Positions 1 to 11,145 of a stretch of 64,000 nt of DNA are shown here, one piece after another; positions within the stretch are counted from its first letter, which is position 1, and each line of letters begins with the position of its first letter. The translations under genes were made by a program, and so were the position numbers. Source of the stretch: Macrostomum hystrix (taxonomy: Eukaryota; Animalia; Platyhelminthes); contig CATNEN010000001.1 of the NCBI GenBank assembly GCA_950097015.1, positions 13,640,001 to 13,704,000 of the forward strand, written 5' to 3'. Below the pieces are notes generated by a model. It had not been told where the DNA came from and made no database searches. It was given only the letters and a program-made list of their open reading frames with translations.

Positions 1-745
1 AAACTATTTCACAATGTGTTTCTCAGCCAAGCTGAGCTGACTTGGGATGGATGGGAACGAGGCTGGCGGTCGGCGGAGCGATTTCGCGCTCCGCGCCTTC
101 TTTTATAATCTTCACAAAATTCCTCTCCTTTAGGCGGAGGGGAGGAAAGAGCCTTCACAACGGTACGCATCAGAGATGTTTTGAGTGGGGACGCAGCCCC
201 CAGCATTCGTACTGCGGAAAGCATGGGACTAGCGGGTTGCTAGGCTAACTGAGCCCGCTCTCGGAGGGGGAGTCGGGGGGTTGTTGAAACGCATTGGTTG
301 AGTTAGGAAGTTCTTCCCCCAATCCTTTTGGTTCTCTCTCCCTCATCGTCATCGCCCGATCTGCCAGGTCCTCTCCAGGCGTGATCCAATTCTTCCCTCG
401 CCGATCCAAGCCGTCGCCGGGCCCTGCTCAGCCTCCTGCCAGGGGGTTGGAGGCTGCTGTTGATCGGTTCCCCTCCGAGAGCTCGCTCCTTCCGGCAGTC
501 CGGCCGGCTCCAGCCTTGCAGCCTTGCTGGTTCCTGCTTTGCTGCTGGGGCCGCATCGTCCTCCGCTGAAATGAGAGGGTGGGCGTTATAACTTGTCTAT
601 AACAAATTGATTGGATTTAAAAGTTAGGACAATTCAGTAAATGATTTATAATGCATTCAAAAGATAGGCAATAAGAAAATAATAGGAAAAATGCAATAAA
701 ATTTGACTTTTTTGAAATTCGGGAGCCAAAATATGAAAAAAGCTA

Positions 746-846
746 TTGAGTATTGAATACCGGTATTCAAAACCGGTATTGGCGAAATTCCGGTATTGAA
801 TACCGGGATCCCGGTTTTAGGCAAGTCTGGTATTTTAGCATCCCTA
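746..846. mobile_element. hAT-type transposon terminus (fragment) with subterminal ACCGGTATT-like repeats
   Basis: Ends in CATCCCTA (reverse complement TAGGGATG, an Ac/hAT-like terminus) after several palindromic ATACCGGTAT/AAACCGGTATT motifs; partner end not found in the window. Confidence 0.5.
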
Positions 847-890
847 CTCGGGCCGAGTATTTTATGAGCTGGTACTGTGTTTTTTGTGTA

Positions 891-1165
891 CCATTTAAAT
901 CTTAAATTAAATTTTTTCAAGTTCAAACCTAGTTAGTCAATATTAAAGTTGCTTTAAATAGTTAGATTAGGTATAGTTCTTGCTTTTGAGGTATAAATTA
1001 CTGCTCAATTGCTTGATTTGGCCAAATAGTTGGCTAATTTAGTTATTAAATTCTTATACATAGAAATTGCCATTTAAATCTTAAATTAAATTTTTTAAGT
1101 TCAAACCTAGTTAGTCAATCTTAAAGTTACTTTAAATAGTTAGTCTAGGCATAGATCTTGCTTTG
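891..1165. repeat. Imperfect direct duplication of ~95 bp, ~180-bp spacing
   Basis: CCATTTAAATCTTAAATTAAATTTTT..AAGTTCAAACCTAGTTAGTCAAT..TTAAAGTT..CTTTAAATAGTTAG at ~891 and ~1070; possibly part of the 5' UTR of the downstream LINE. Confidence 0.75.
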
Positions 1166-1952
1166 AAGACCTATCCTGTGCTTTAGTTGTCTGATTTAGC
1201 TTAGTTCTTAGCATTTAATAGTTTGCATACATTTTTCCCATTAAAATTACAAACAAAAATTTTCTAACTTCAGCTAAAAATTGCTACTTTGTATCAAAGT
1301 TAAAGCCACTTACCAGATTGCTTTAACCTCTAAAGTTCGCTAACCAGCATCAGCACTTGTTAATTAGGACTTAATACATATTTAAATTTCTTGGAACCTT
1401 AGAGGATTAGGCCATTCTTAATACTCACAAATTAACAAAAGTGACACTTGAAAAGTTCGGCAACTAAGCCAACTTATCCAATCTAAATACTTACTACTTA
1501 CTTACTTATACTTATTCTTACATAAATCAATAATTACTACTCGTTTTACTTGATTACTTGCTTATTCTTTTACATTTATCCAAATTGCTTACACGTTTTA
1601 AGCTACTAACAGTAGCAACCACAGCGAAAAAATCAAATACAAAAACACACATTTGAAATACCAAAAATAAAACAGTTTTATATTGTTTTATATATTTAAA
1701 TTTATATATTCTTCATTTCCTCGCTCCACTCTCTGCTCCATAGGCTCTTTTAAGTAGTCATTTTGTATATTAGTCAGCAGCGCATTTAAGGCCAGTAGTA
1801 TCTTCACCAGTTTTAGTTTTAGTCTTAGTGGAGTCTGGAATTAAAGCGGTTGACTGATTAATTTGTTCACACACCTTGCCTACTTGCCTATACTTGCTCC
1901 AAACTTCTCTCGAACCGAAAACAAACTCTTGAGACTACTCACCTGAGCAACA

Positions 1953-4900
1953 ATGGAAGTAGACTCTAGGCATGTTGCGGAGCTTCCAGACGCCTCCGAC
2001 CAAGGAGCCCAGGCGCCAGCTGCGGTCGCCGGTGCCAGCGGCACTCCTTCAGCGTCAGCGTCGAAAAGCCGCCCATCATCCGTCAAGGAGAACCTCTTCC
2101 CAGCGACTCCTCGCGCTGGAAAAAAGAGGTCAAGACAATCGTTTGATCCGAACCCAAAACATCAAACCAGTAACAAAATCTCTAACAGGCGACAGAGCAG
2201 CGGTATCGCCAGGAAGTCCACCAAACGTCGTTCGGGGTCAAAGTCTAGCAAGCAGACTGAGACGAACTCAGACGATACCACCTCAGGGGCCTGTGAAGAT
2301 CCCGACGATGAGGGTGATGAGGCCGGCGATTATGTCTCACTGTCATCGGAGGAAGAGCAAGTCGGCGCATTCAAGACGCCTGACGGACGCGCCTCCAGTA
2401 CAGCTCCCAGGGCCACTCCGACATCGGCCAAGTCGGCACTATCGGCAAAAGGTCGCCCACCGGCCTCGGCATCGGCATCGGTAGGACGCCAAGTGCCCAC
2501 GCCGCACAAGCTAGGTGCTGCGGAGGCTGCTGCGGTCGCCACGGCTGCTGCTGCAAAGGAAATGCGAACCGAAAAGTCCACACAAGAAACCATAGACAAT
2601 CTACTGTATCTGCCAGGCAGTACAGATCTAACCGTAGAACAGTTCAAACTACCAACAGTAGCTAACCAAAATGGCCATCAGACGCATTCCCACAATGAGG
2701 ATGCCCATTTTGACTAATACCCGTGCCTTTTGCGCGACGTCTCCAGCCAGGCATATCATAGCATCGTAAATGATATCCTGCCGCTTTCCTTCCATCACAA
2801 GCCATCTGAGAAGCGACGCGTCTTCTGGTACGAGCCAGAGTACAGCTACTCAGGCGTCACTCTGAAAGAAAACAACAATTGGCACCCAACGATCACACTT
2901 ATTAAAGAATATCTAACTGAGCAATTAAAGTTACCAAATTTTAATTCGTGCCTAATCAATTTTTATTCACGGCCTGAATAAAATTTCGCATACCTTATCA
3001 TGCCGACAATGAGCCAGAGTTGGGGCCCAAGCCAACGATTGCCACCGTGTCGTTTGGGGCGCCGAGGCGCTTCCTGGTCAGGGCCAACTGCGACTACTGT
3101 GTTATCTGCGACTACCCGACGGTTCCGGGATCTGTCATCCTGATGAGCGGGACCAGTCAGCAGAAGACGCAGCACAGCGTCCCAGCCACGCCCCTGGAGC
3201 AGGTAGGCTACCGGGTCTCGCTCACCTTCAGGGTGACGGACCCCCCACTGAGGCGGAGTCAGCCCTCCACGGTGCCAAAGCCTGCAGCGGCAGCAGCAGT
3301 GGCGGCAGCGACGACGGCGGCCGAGCGACCGGCGGCAGCTGCATCGGCCCCGGTGAGGTCATCAGCGGCGGCGGTGTCGGCGGCGGCGGGGGCGGCGGCG
3401 ACGGTGTCGGCAGCACTTGCGCGGCCGAATGCCGCGTCCAGCTCTGCGGCAGCCTCGGTCCCCGGCAGAGGGGGAGCTCCTGGCCGAGGCGGCGTGACGA
3501 AAAATGCGCCGACCTACTCCAACGTGGTCTCCGGTGCGGCTAGCTCGCGAGGCAGACGGCCGGAACACCTCTCAGGCATCTGCCCGGTGGTCTTTGAGGT
3601 GGCCGAGCACGCAGCGGGCAACCAATTGAAATTCTGCCGATGGTTGGGCGCAAATTTTGCAGGGTCAGCCAGGGCAACAAACACTCGGTGTGTCTTTAGC
3701 CAGGCTGCCTACCTGGTAATTCCGGCAACCGAACAAGACCACCAACACTTTATTCACGACCAGTTGAAGGTCCCGTTGTTCGAGGGGCAACCAGTAGTTC
3801 GGCGGCTAACGCGTATGCGCCCCCTGGATGCCCGGCACGGAGCTGACGAACTGAGTGGGCCCAAGAGGACTCCGTCCACGTTCGTGGTCCGCGATGTCGA
3901 CCTAAATATTCAAACCAAGGAATTTAAATCTATGTTAGAAGCTAATAATATTACCGGTGTAACCGGTGTGCAACGAATAACCCGGCTCACCGACAATCAA
4001 CCCACCAGACTGCTTCGAGTGTTCGTTTAAGGATGCCAAAATCGCCCAAAAATGCATAGATGAAGGCATCAACACTCCCTTTATAACGTTCTCCTGTGAG
4101 GCCAGCAAGTCCTCTGCTCCGCCCAGGATTACGCAATGCTTTAAATGCCAAGGGATTGGTCACCTCACCTCGCCGACTGCACCGGGCAAACTGTATGCCG
4201 CAGATGTGGAGGTGGACACCACCTGGCTGACTGCCCGCCAAGCGCTGTGCCAGTGTGCGCCAACTGCGGGGGACCGCACAAGGCAAATCACTTTTCTTGC
4301 CCAGCCGTTGCGGCAGCTGTCAGGGCTGCCAAGGTTACCAGCGACGCCCAGCATGCTGCTATCCGTGCAGCCAGGCCCGCCCAGTCACAGCAGCAGCCGC
4401 AGCAGCAGCAGCAGCAGCGGCAGCAGCAGCAGCCTAGACAACCGCCGCAGCAGACCACGGCTAGCGAGGCCAGGCCCCCTGCTCCGGTTTCGTCAGCATC
4501 GCCGGCAGGTATGGAGGTCGAAGATGATCAGACCTGGCTGACTGTGGGGCCCAATGGTCGACCACAGAGGCCACCACCTGTGCAGCAGCAGCAGCAGCAG
4601 CAGAGGCAGCAGCAGCAACGGCAGCAGTCGCTTCCAACAGCGAGCAATACGCCCCCGCCGCCGCCGCCCCCGGCTATGTAAATGCGGAAGGCGCCAACAA
4701 TTAATTGAGTCTAATGAACTCAGAAATTAGCACTCTCTGAGCATCTGGCTAATCTTAATGTCACAGAGTTCCTGCCACTCTTGGCGCGGACCCTGGTGCT
4801 CACCCTGGTCTATGCTCAGACGGCTGTCGTCCGGGGTAACCAGTCGCTAGATCTGGAGGCCACTGTCAAGGCGGTCCTCTGCATCATGCGGCTGGCCTCC

Positions 4901-4990
4901 GGTCGGGAGCTTGACGGGCCTGGACTGGGGCTGATGGACCTCGGTACTCAGTTCCTAGTCCTGCTGATGGGCGGGGCTGAGTCCACCTAA
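1953..4990 (+). pseudogene. LINE ORF1 (Gag-like) with AlkB-like domain and three zinc knuckles; stops and frameshifts
   Basis: Fragments 1953-2717, 2730-2981, ~2980-4030, ~4030-4681 and 4781-4990. Knuckles CFKCQGIGHL(ADC), broken by a CACCT duplication near 4161-4170, then CRRCGGGHHLADC and CANCGGPHKANHFSC; poly-Q/P tract after them. Confidence 0.8.
2730..3240 (+). pseudogene. AlkB-family (ALKBH2/3-like) 2OG-Fe(II) dioxygenase domain within LINE ORF1
   Basis: Motifs in order: YSYSG, FNSCLINFY, then after a frameshift near 2975-2981 YHADNEPELG (HxD at 2999-3007), IATVSFGAPRRF, GSVILMSGTSQ, QHSVP, RVSLTFR. Confidence 0.88.
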
Positions 4991-5026
4991 ACAGTCAAAA
5001 TTTGTCTAAATGTCTTAGTATTTATA

Positions 5027-6799
5027 CGAGGGGTGTCCAAAAAGTAGTGATACTTTTGCTCGTATAGCCTTACTGCATGCTTGAAAATCAGCAAGTTTGG
5101 TGTTGTTGGAAAGCGAAAAATATCAGCTTTAATTTGACTAAAAAATCATCCTCATATGTTGTTTTTAAAAAAAGTTATCACTGTCTATTTGAGCAAGGGT
5201 TGCTTATAGACTTACAAAAATACTGTATGGTTGACTTTGTTTAGTTTTTATCTGCCTCAAAGATTCATGAAGCTTTAGAGCTTAACAAATCAAAAAATGT
5301 AAACCAATAAATACTGGGGTAGCATTTTACGAGCGTACGAGGGTTGCTTTTTTGTCTGTGGTAAAATTGTGGCTAAGTCTTCTTTGCACTGCCAGCTTGC
5401 TTCTGCCTGCCTGCCTGCATCTGCACTGCCAGCTCATTTTTCTTTCACAAGTGCTTGCTTTTTCAAGACCAGATTCTGTTCAACTGACAGTTATGGACGT
5501 GCGCTCAAAGGAAGGACAGCGACAGGCAATTCACACACTATGGAGTATTGGGAAAAGTGGACAGGAGATTTACCATCATCTGTGCAGCATTCACGGAGCC
5601 GAAGCAGTAAGTCGCATGACGGTGTACAGATGGGTCGAGCAATTTGAGTCAGGAAGAACAAATTTGGCTGACTTGCCAAGGCCAGGAAGGCCATCTGCAC
5701 CAAGCTCAAAGGCTTTGGCTGACCGGATTCTTGATCTGCTGGAAGAAGACTGCAGAATGACAATTCGTGAGATTGCTGACAGACTCGACAACCCACGATC
5801 AACGGTTCATCTCTGCCTGACCAATATGAACTTCGTTAAGCTGAGCGCCCGCTGGGTCCCAAAGCTCCTCACTGCTGATATACGACTGCAGCGCCAGCAG
5901 ACATGCCAAGGGAACCTGAATCTGGTAAGTCAACGCGGTGGTTGGAATCAGTTCCGCCAGTTGATTGTTACTGGCGACGAGACGTGGGTTCCACATTTTG
6001 ACCCGCCGACAAAGCAAGAGTCTAAAGTGTGGACACTGAAGGGTTCCGATCCACCACTCAAGGCTCGCCGTGAAACTCACTGTAAGAAAATCATGCTGTC
6101 AGTTTTCTTTGACTGTAATGGCCTAGTCACCATTGACTTCCTGGAGCCGAATACGATGATCAACGCAGACCGTTATTCGTCTCTCCTTGCAAGCCTGAAG
6201 GCAGACATCCAAAATAAGCGGCGCTCGGGAGTCAAGCCAGTCATCCTGCATCATGACAACGCCCGGCCGCACACTGCCCACCAAACAATGGAGGCCATCA
6301 AAAAGCTAAAGTTTGACCTTCTGCCTCATCCGCCATATTCGCCAGATCTCGCGCCTGCGGATTATGCTTTTTTCCCTCAATTGAAGCGCCACCTGAGGGG
6401 CCGTGTCCATGTCAGCCGTGATCACCTGGAACAGGAAGTCCGCAGAGTACTTTTGCACGCGATTCCGCGACAGATCTACGCAGATGCGATTGATCGCTTG
6501 TTTCGTCGCTGGGAGAAGTGCGTGCAATCGGGGGGTAATTATGTGGAGAAAGCTTCCCTCCCTGATGATGATGAGTCGTACTAACTGTCGAAACTTCTTG
6601 ACCTGCTACACCATGCATAAATTCATTGTAACTCTATGGCTGACCTTGTTGTGTGTTTCTATTCATAACTTTGTTATAGGTTGTCTTTTTGTTAAATGTT
6701 TGCAGTCAAATTAAAGCTGATATTTTTCGCTTTCCAACAACACCAAACTTGCTGATTTTTAAGCATGCAGTAAGGCTATACGAGCAAAAGTATCACTAC
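5027..6799 (+). mobile_element. Tc1/mariner (mariner-type) DNA transposon
   Basis: Left end TA|CGAGGGGTGTCC; 5044-5139 is an inverted repeat of 6704-6799 (one mismatch seen); the outermost ~17 bp and TA are missing on the right. Confidence 0.93.
5493..6584 (+). CDS. Mariner transposase (DD34D type)
   Basis: N-terminal HTH and PRPGRP linker, WVPKLL, VTGDETW, HHDNARPH and HPPYSPDLAPADY motifs; open frame from ATG 5493. Confidence 0.95.
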   Translation: MDVRSKEGQRQAIHTLWSIGKSGQEIYHHLCSIHGAEAVSRMTVYRWVEQFESGRTNLADLPRPGRPSAPSSKALADRILDLLEEDCRMTIREIADRLDNPRSTVHLCLTNMNFVKLSARWVPKLLTADIRLQRQQTCQGNLNLVSQRGGWNQFRQLIVTGDETWVPHFDPPTKQESKVWTLKGSDPPLKARRETHCKKIMLSVFFDCNGLVTIDFLEPNTMINADRYSSLLASLKADIQNKRRSGVKPVILHHDNARPHTAHQTMEAIKKLKFDLLPHPPYSPDLAPADYAFFPQLKRHLRGRVHVSRDHLEQEVRRVLLHAIPRQIYADAIDRLFRRWEKCVQSGGNYVEKASLPDDDESY

Positions 6800-6887
6800 A
6801 AGAAAGAGAGCACAGTTAAAATTCGGTAGCTCTACCACCCCCTCCTCCAATAGCTCTCTTTCCTCGATTCCCATTGGTCGCCCGGCA

Positions 6888-8150
6888 GGGCTGAAAATCG
6901 CCCAATTAAATTGTCGGGGCTTTCTACCCAAATTCCTTGAGTTGCAGCTGTGGCTGATTGAGGAGGAGCTGGATATTGCCCTCTTCTCAGAAACGCTCCT
7001 CAAGGACACTCACCAACTTTCTCTTCCAGGCTATTCTTGCATCCGGTTTGATGCGCCTCCTGCCAAGAGAGGACTACTATTGGTGCATAACTCGAGAGTG
7101 ACGCTCTCCAATGTCCGCATGTTTGTAGACAATACCAACTTGGAGGTCCTCTCCTGCCACGTGCAGCCGACGCACGTCTCGCTTGCGCCATTTAATCTCT
7201 CCTTGGTCTACAAGTCACCCACACCAGAGGTGCTCAACATGGACACACTCAAATCTCTTTTCTCAGCCAATCGTAGTCTCATTCTGGGCGATCTCAATGC
7301 CAGACACGACGTGTTCGGTAACACCAGTCGTAACAATAGAGCAGGTGAACAGCTCTACAACTGGCTGATTGAAGACCACAACGCGCCCATTGCTCTCAAT
7401 GAGGTTGGTGAGTACACCCGCGTAGCCAGCAAAAGTGGGGTGGTCTCGATGAACGTCCTCGACTTGGGACTGGCCTCGCGCAATCTTGCTGCGAGTGTGA
7501 CCGACTTCCACGTTGGCTACGATGTGGGAAGCGACCACCTACCAATTTGCCTCACTCTCGAATCCAGGGCCCCCGCGTGGGATGGCCCTCGAAAGCCGAG
7601 AAATTTCAACAAGGTCAACTGGGAACAATTCCAAATTCATCTTAACCAACCACTCTTCACACTCAATGCTCCTATGCTCATCTGTCAAGTCGATGTCGAT
7701 AGGGAGGTCCAGGTGATCACCTCGGCCATCCAAGAGGCGATCGCTCAAACTGTACCTGAGCGTAATTTGGCAAGGCCTCTTCCGCAATACATCCTTGCCA
7801 AGATCAAGCTACGCAGGAAACTGCGGCGCATGTATTGCCGAATTCGCGACGACAGCTGCCGACTCCAGGCAAACAAGCTAGCAGCAGAAATCAAAAAGGA
7901 CATTAAGAATCTAGCAATGAAACAAAAAAACCAAGCTCTGTCAGAGCGTCGTTTACAATGCCCGAGACAGGAAGGTCAAGAACATTTGGCACGATTTTGG
8001 GACCCTAATGGGAAAGACAAAGCCAAGACCTATTCCTACTCTCTCACGGGATCAGCGCGTGGCCTACACGGAGAACGACAAGGCCCAGATGTTTACCGAG
8101 TCCCTGGGAGCTAAAATTAAACCACTTCCAATCACCAACAGGGACTTTGC
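6888..8150 (+). pseudogene. LINE ORF2 N-terminus: apurinic-like (APE) endonuclease, truncated before RT
   Basis: LKIAQLNCRG, DIALFSET, LVYKSP, LILGDLNARH, VLDLGLAS and VGSDHLPI motifs, then NFNKVNW; frameshifts near 7930-8010. Confidence 0.9.
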
Positions 8151-8242
8151 ACGAAGGGACTCCTTCACCAGGGGGCACCATTACGCCTCCGGGCTTGGGC
8201 TTCGGCCTGGGTCCGGTGGCAGTCGGGACCCCTAGCGAGGTT

Positions 8243-8432
8243 AGTAGTATGGCGAATTATGATTCTGCCGCATTTGCACTGCGGAGATAGGCGGTAGTGT
8301 AAAAGCATAGGAGTGGATGGATTCACTGTATAGAGATAGGAATCGGAGGCGGCCAATGGGATGTTATGATTCTGCCGCATTAGCACTGGGGAGATAGGCG
8401 CAATGTAAAATGATAGAAAGGAAACGAATGCA
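8243..8432 (+). repeat. Maverick left TIR (short version)
   Basis: Matches 30526-~30820 apart from one missing ~110-bp unit, and is an inverted match to the right end. Confidence 0.85.
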
Positions 8433-9051
8433 ACGCACACATTGTAGATAAGACTGCTGAGGGTTGCTGAGGGTTAGAGGCCGGTAAGAAGGGTGGCCTA
8501 TCAGCTTTGTGTACGGCATAGGTCCAGCCAATCTCTTTGGCCTGAAGTGGAGAGAGTCCCAGTGCTGCTGTGTACATCCGAGTCTGTCCCAAATGAACAC
8601 TGTTTGGGGGTCTTGAGCTAGATATTGTAAACAACATAACTCAACTCTGCCGCACTGGCTATTAGTGCATGCCAGAGACCGCTATATTTTTTTAAACAGC
8701 TTTTTTGCTGGATTGAGTGTAAGGAAGTTGCATTATTGGATGAGTATATAAACAGGATTTTACCTGAACAGGAATAAATTCCGATTTAAGCACATACGCG
8801 CGTCAATTAAATCTTAAAATATAAGCAAAAGCAAGAACCAAGGAAAATTTAGAATTTCTAGCAACATGTGAAGTTTGCTTAACTTGTCACAAAAGTGTCC
8901 TTAAGTCTTTAGTCGGACCGCCACTTAAGATGTAACAAAAGTACATGGTCTGTTTGCTGGCAATGCGGGTTGATTAAGCCCGGGAAAAAATTCTGCTCTT
9001 CGGCATCGAGGACATCAGCTGCTTCCTGCTGGCGACGATGGAGTCCGCAAC

Positions 9052-9630
9052 TTGCGACGCAGTGTGCTGCAAAAAGCCCAAGATCAGGCGAGCGAGGAGG
9101 CAGGCAGAAAGCAAGCCCTCAGCCAGCTTATCAATGCGGTCATCGCCGAGGCCAACAGTGACGATGACTTCGCTGAGCCGCATGCCGATCGTCAACCGCC
9201 GCAAATTAGAGGCAAACAACTTTGGATGTGCAGTCCATGCGTTAGTTTTAACGAGGAAGAGGGGAGCGACGACGAGGATATTGATCATCATCAGCGGCAA
9301 ACCGCCAACGTTCAGCTGCCTTCTGCCGAATTCCAGCTGCCACCCCCTGATGTTCAGCTGCCTTCTGCCGACGTCCAGCTGCCACCCCCTGATGTTCAGC
9401 TGCCTCAGCAAGATGTTGATTTCCAAATAGAGGCCCTGGGGGAGTTTAATGCAGTCGAAGCTTCAAATGGAGTGATGCCAACAGCTGGTGGAATTGGAAA
9501 TCCAACCGCGAACGAGATTCCAATCTCGAAACGCAAAAATGAATTAAGTGCAGCTCATTCTTCCACCTGTCACCGGATCACGTTACAAAATAAATTTTTT
9601 AACAATGAAATAATGTTTTCGCCCCTGTAA
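9052..9630 (+). CDS. Hypothetical acidic Maverick ORF with VQLPSA/FQLPPPD repeats
   Basis: 192-aa open frame (non-ATG start in the track) with 21/42-bp tandem repeats at ~9307-9405; no recognisable domain. Confidence 0.3.
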   Translation: MRRSVLQKAQDQASEEAGRKQALSQLINAVIAEANSDDDFAEPHADRQPPQIRGKQLWMCSPCVSFNEEEGSDDEDIDHHQRQTANVQLPSAEFQLPPPDVQLPSADVQLPPPDVQLPQQDVDFQIEALGEFNAVEASNGVMPTAGGIGNPTANEIPISKRKNELSAAHSSTCHRITLQNKFFNNEIMFSPL

Positions 9631-9919
9631 TTCCGAATTTTTATCAATTAGAAACTTTTCCGTGCTTTAAATTAGTGGAGATGGGACGCACCAGCTGATT
9701 TTTATAGGTTATGCATAATGAGTTAGAAAATTTTTTATTTGTGAAAACTGTGAAAATTGTTATCTGTGTTCTGTTAACTGTTAACTGTTATCAGTTGTCT
9801 TGTCTTCTTACTTTAAATAGGAGTTTAAAATAATAACTTTTGTAGACATCGAGTACTTAAATAAATTTAACTAATGATAAAGCTGTACCATCTGTTTCTA
9901 ATTCTCTGTAACAGTTTTC

Positions 9920-10682
9920 ATGATGCAATCATCAATATTCAATGATTCGATTACCAATTTATTGCAGCATACTGAAATTAATACAGTATCTTCCGACTCA
10001 GATGAAAACCTGTCTGAGACAGATGAAAGCCTGTCTGAGACGCATAGCAACCTGTCTGAGACACATAGCAACCTGTCTGAGACAGATGAAAGCCTGTCTG
10101 AGACGCATAGCAACCTGTCTGAGACACATAGCAACCTGTCTGAGACAGATGTAAGTTTATTTGAATCATCAAATCAAGATTTTAACGAGTCTATTGAGGG
10201 CAGCCATCGCTTCAAAAGCTACATCATCAGAAACAAAAGCGACGTGCTCAAAACGGAGAACACTATTCTGGAAGGTACAGCAGTGCCAAGGATGACAGTG
10301 AGTTGACTAAAGTTTCCTAAATCTTGATATTAAGTGCATAGAACAGGATGTCAAAACTATTGTAGAGCTGCTACTGATTGATGACATGTCTATAGGACCA
10401 TAAATTAATATTCGATTGCTTCGTTTAGTTTACATAACTAGGATTTCAGAATATAAAGTTCTGTAGAGACGTGAGCAATGAGATTATCATTATCTCTCTT
10501 TTCTGGAGAAAAAAAGACATATTTTAGTCAATTTAAATCGCTAAGTTATAGATAACTCAGTGCGTCCTTTTCCTCAGGTCAGCAATCAGGTGCAATCAGC
10601 AGAGCTAGCAGCGGGCAAAATGTTATCACTAATGCATCCGACAGCATTGAAAGTGATGGTAGTACCAATAGGTGCGATGACA

Positions 10683-10714
<32 letters not shown>

Positions 10715-10849
10715 AGCGGAACTAGCGACAGCACTGAGCACAGTAGCGTTGCTAGTGAATGCGATTTTGGCCATTGGCCATTGCGCAGGTACGACGCAAG
10801 CAAATTGCCAAAGCTGACCTATGATGAAGAGGAGGGGGATAATAAATGA
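9920..10849 (+). CDS. Hypothetical, probably spliced, Maverick gene (LSET repeats; C-terminal WPLRRxDAxKxPKLT motif)
   Basis: ORF 9920-10306 with 21-bp LSET repeats. A phase-1 intron 10275-10577 (weak GTACAG donor, TTTTCCTCAG acceptor) would join it to a frame ending GHWPLRRYDASKLPKLTYDEEEGDNK* at 10849. Confidence 0.4.
10009..10150. repeat. 21-bp minisatellite with 63-bp higher-order unit
   Basis: CCTGTCTGAGAC core followed in rotation by AGATGAAAG, GCATAGCAA and ACATAGCAA. Confidence 0.9.
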
Positions 10850-11145
10850 GTGGCGCAAATGACTCGCGTTTTTTCGTTTTTTGTTACTAAAATATAACCG
10901 TTCGGCTATTATTTTTCTTGTGCTTCAATTTACATGATATGCTTGTGCATGTTTGGTAGAGTTTAAAATCGAATCAACGACTTTTCTCAAAAAATTGTTA
11001 TCCACAAACATATACAAGTAAACCTTGCAAGTACGCTCGTAAAATCTTATTGGCGGAAAAAATATAATTGCTCTCATCAACATTTCAAAACATTTTTCTC
11101 TTAAGAATAAGATAAATCATTACTGTTTTATGCTCTTTTAAACGA

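Larger units (their letters stand above)
1953..8150 (+). mobile_element. Decayed, 3'-truncated non-LTR retrotransposon (I/Jockey-group), interrupted by a mariner
   Basis: ORF1 with triple CCHC knuckles, then APE endonuclease ORF2 on the same strand; sequence ends before the RT domain. True 5' end not determined. Confidence 0.8.

Noticed and set aside
190-260. Possible second HDV-like ribozyme (CTAGC..GCTAG hairpin followed by GCTAA)
   Set aside because: Could not build convincing P1 and P2 helices, and L3 lacks the CC needed for P1.1.
10560-10858. Poly-Ala and poly-Pro ORFs over the (GCG)n tract
   Set aside because: Microsatellite artefacts; the third frame (poly-Gly, WPLRR motif) is better supported by paralogy.
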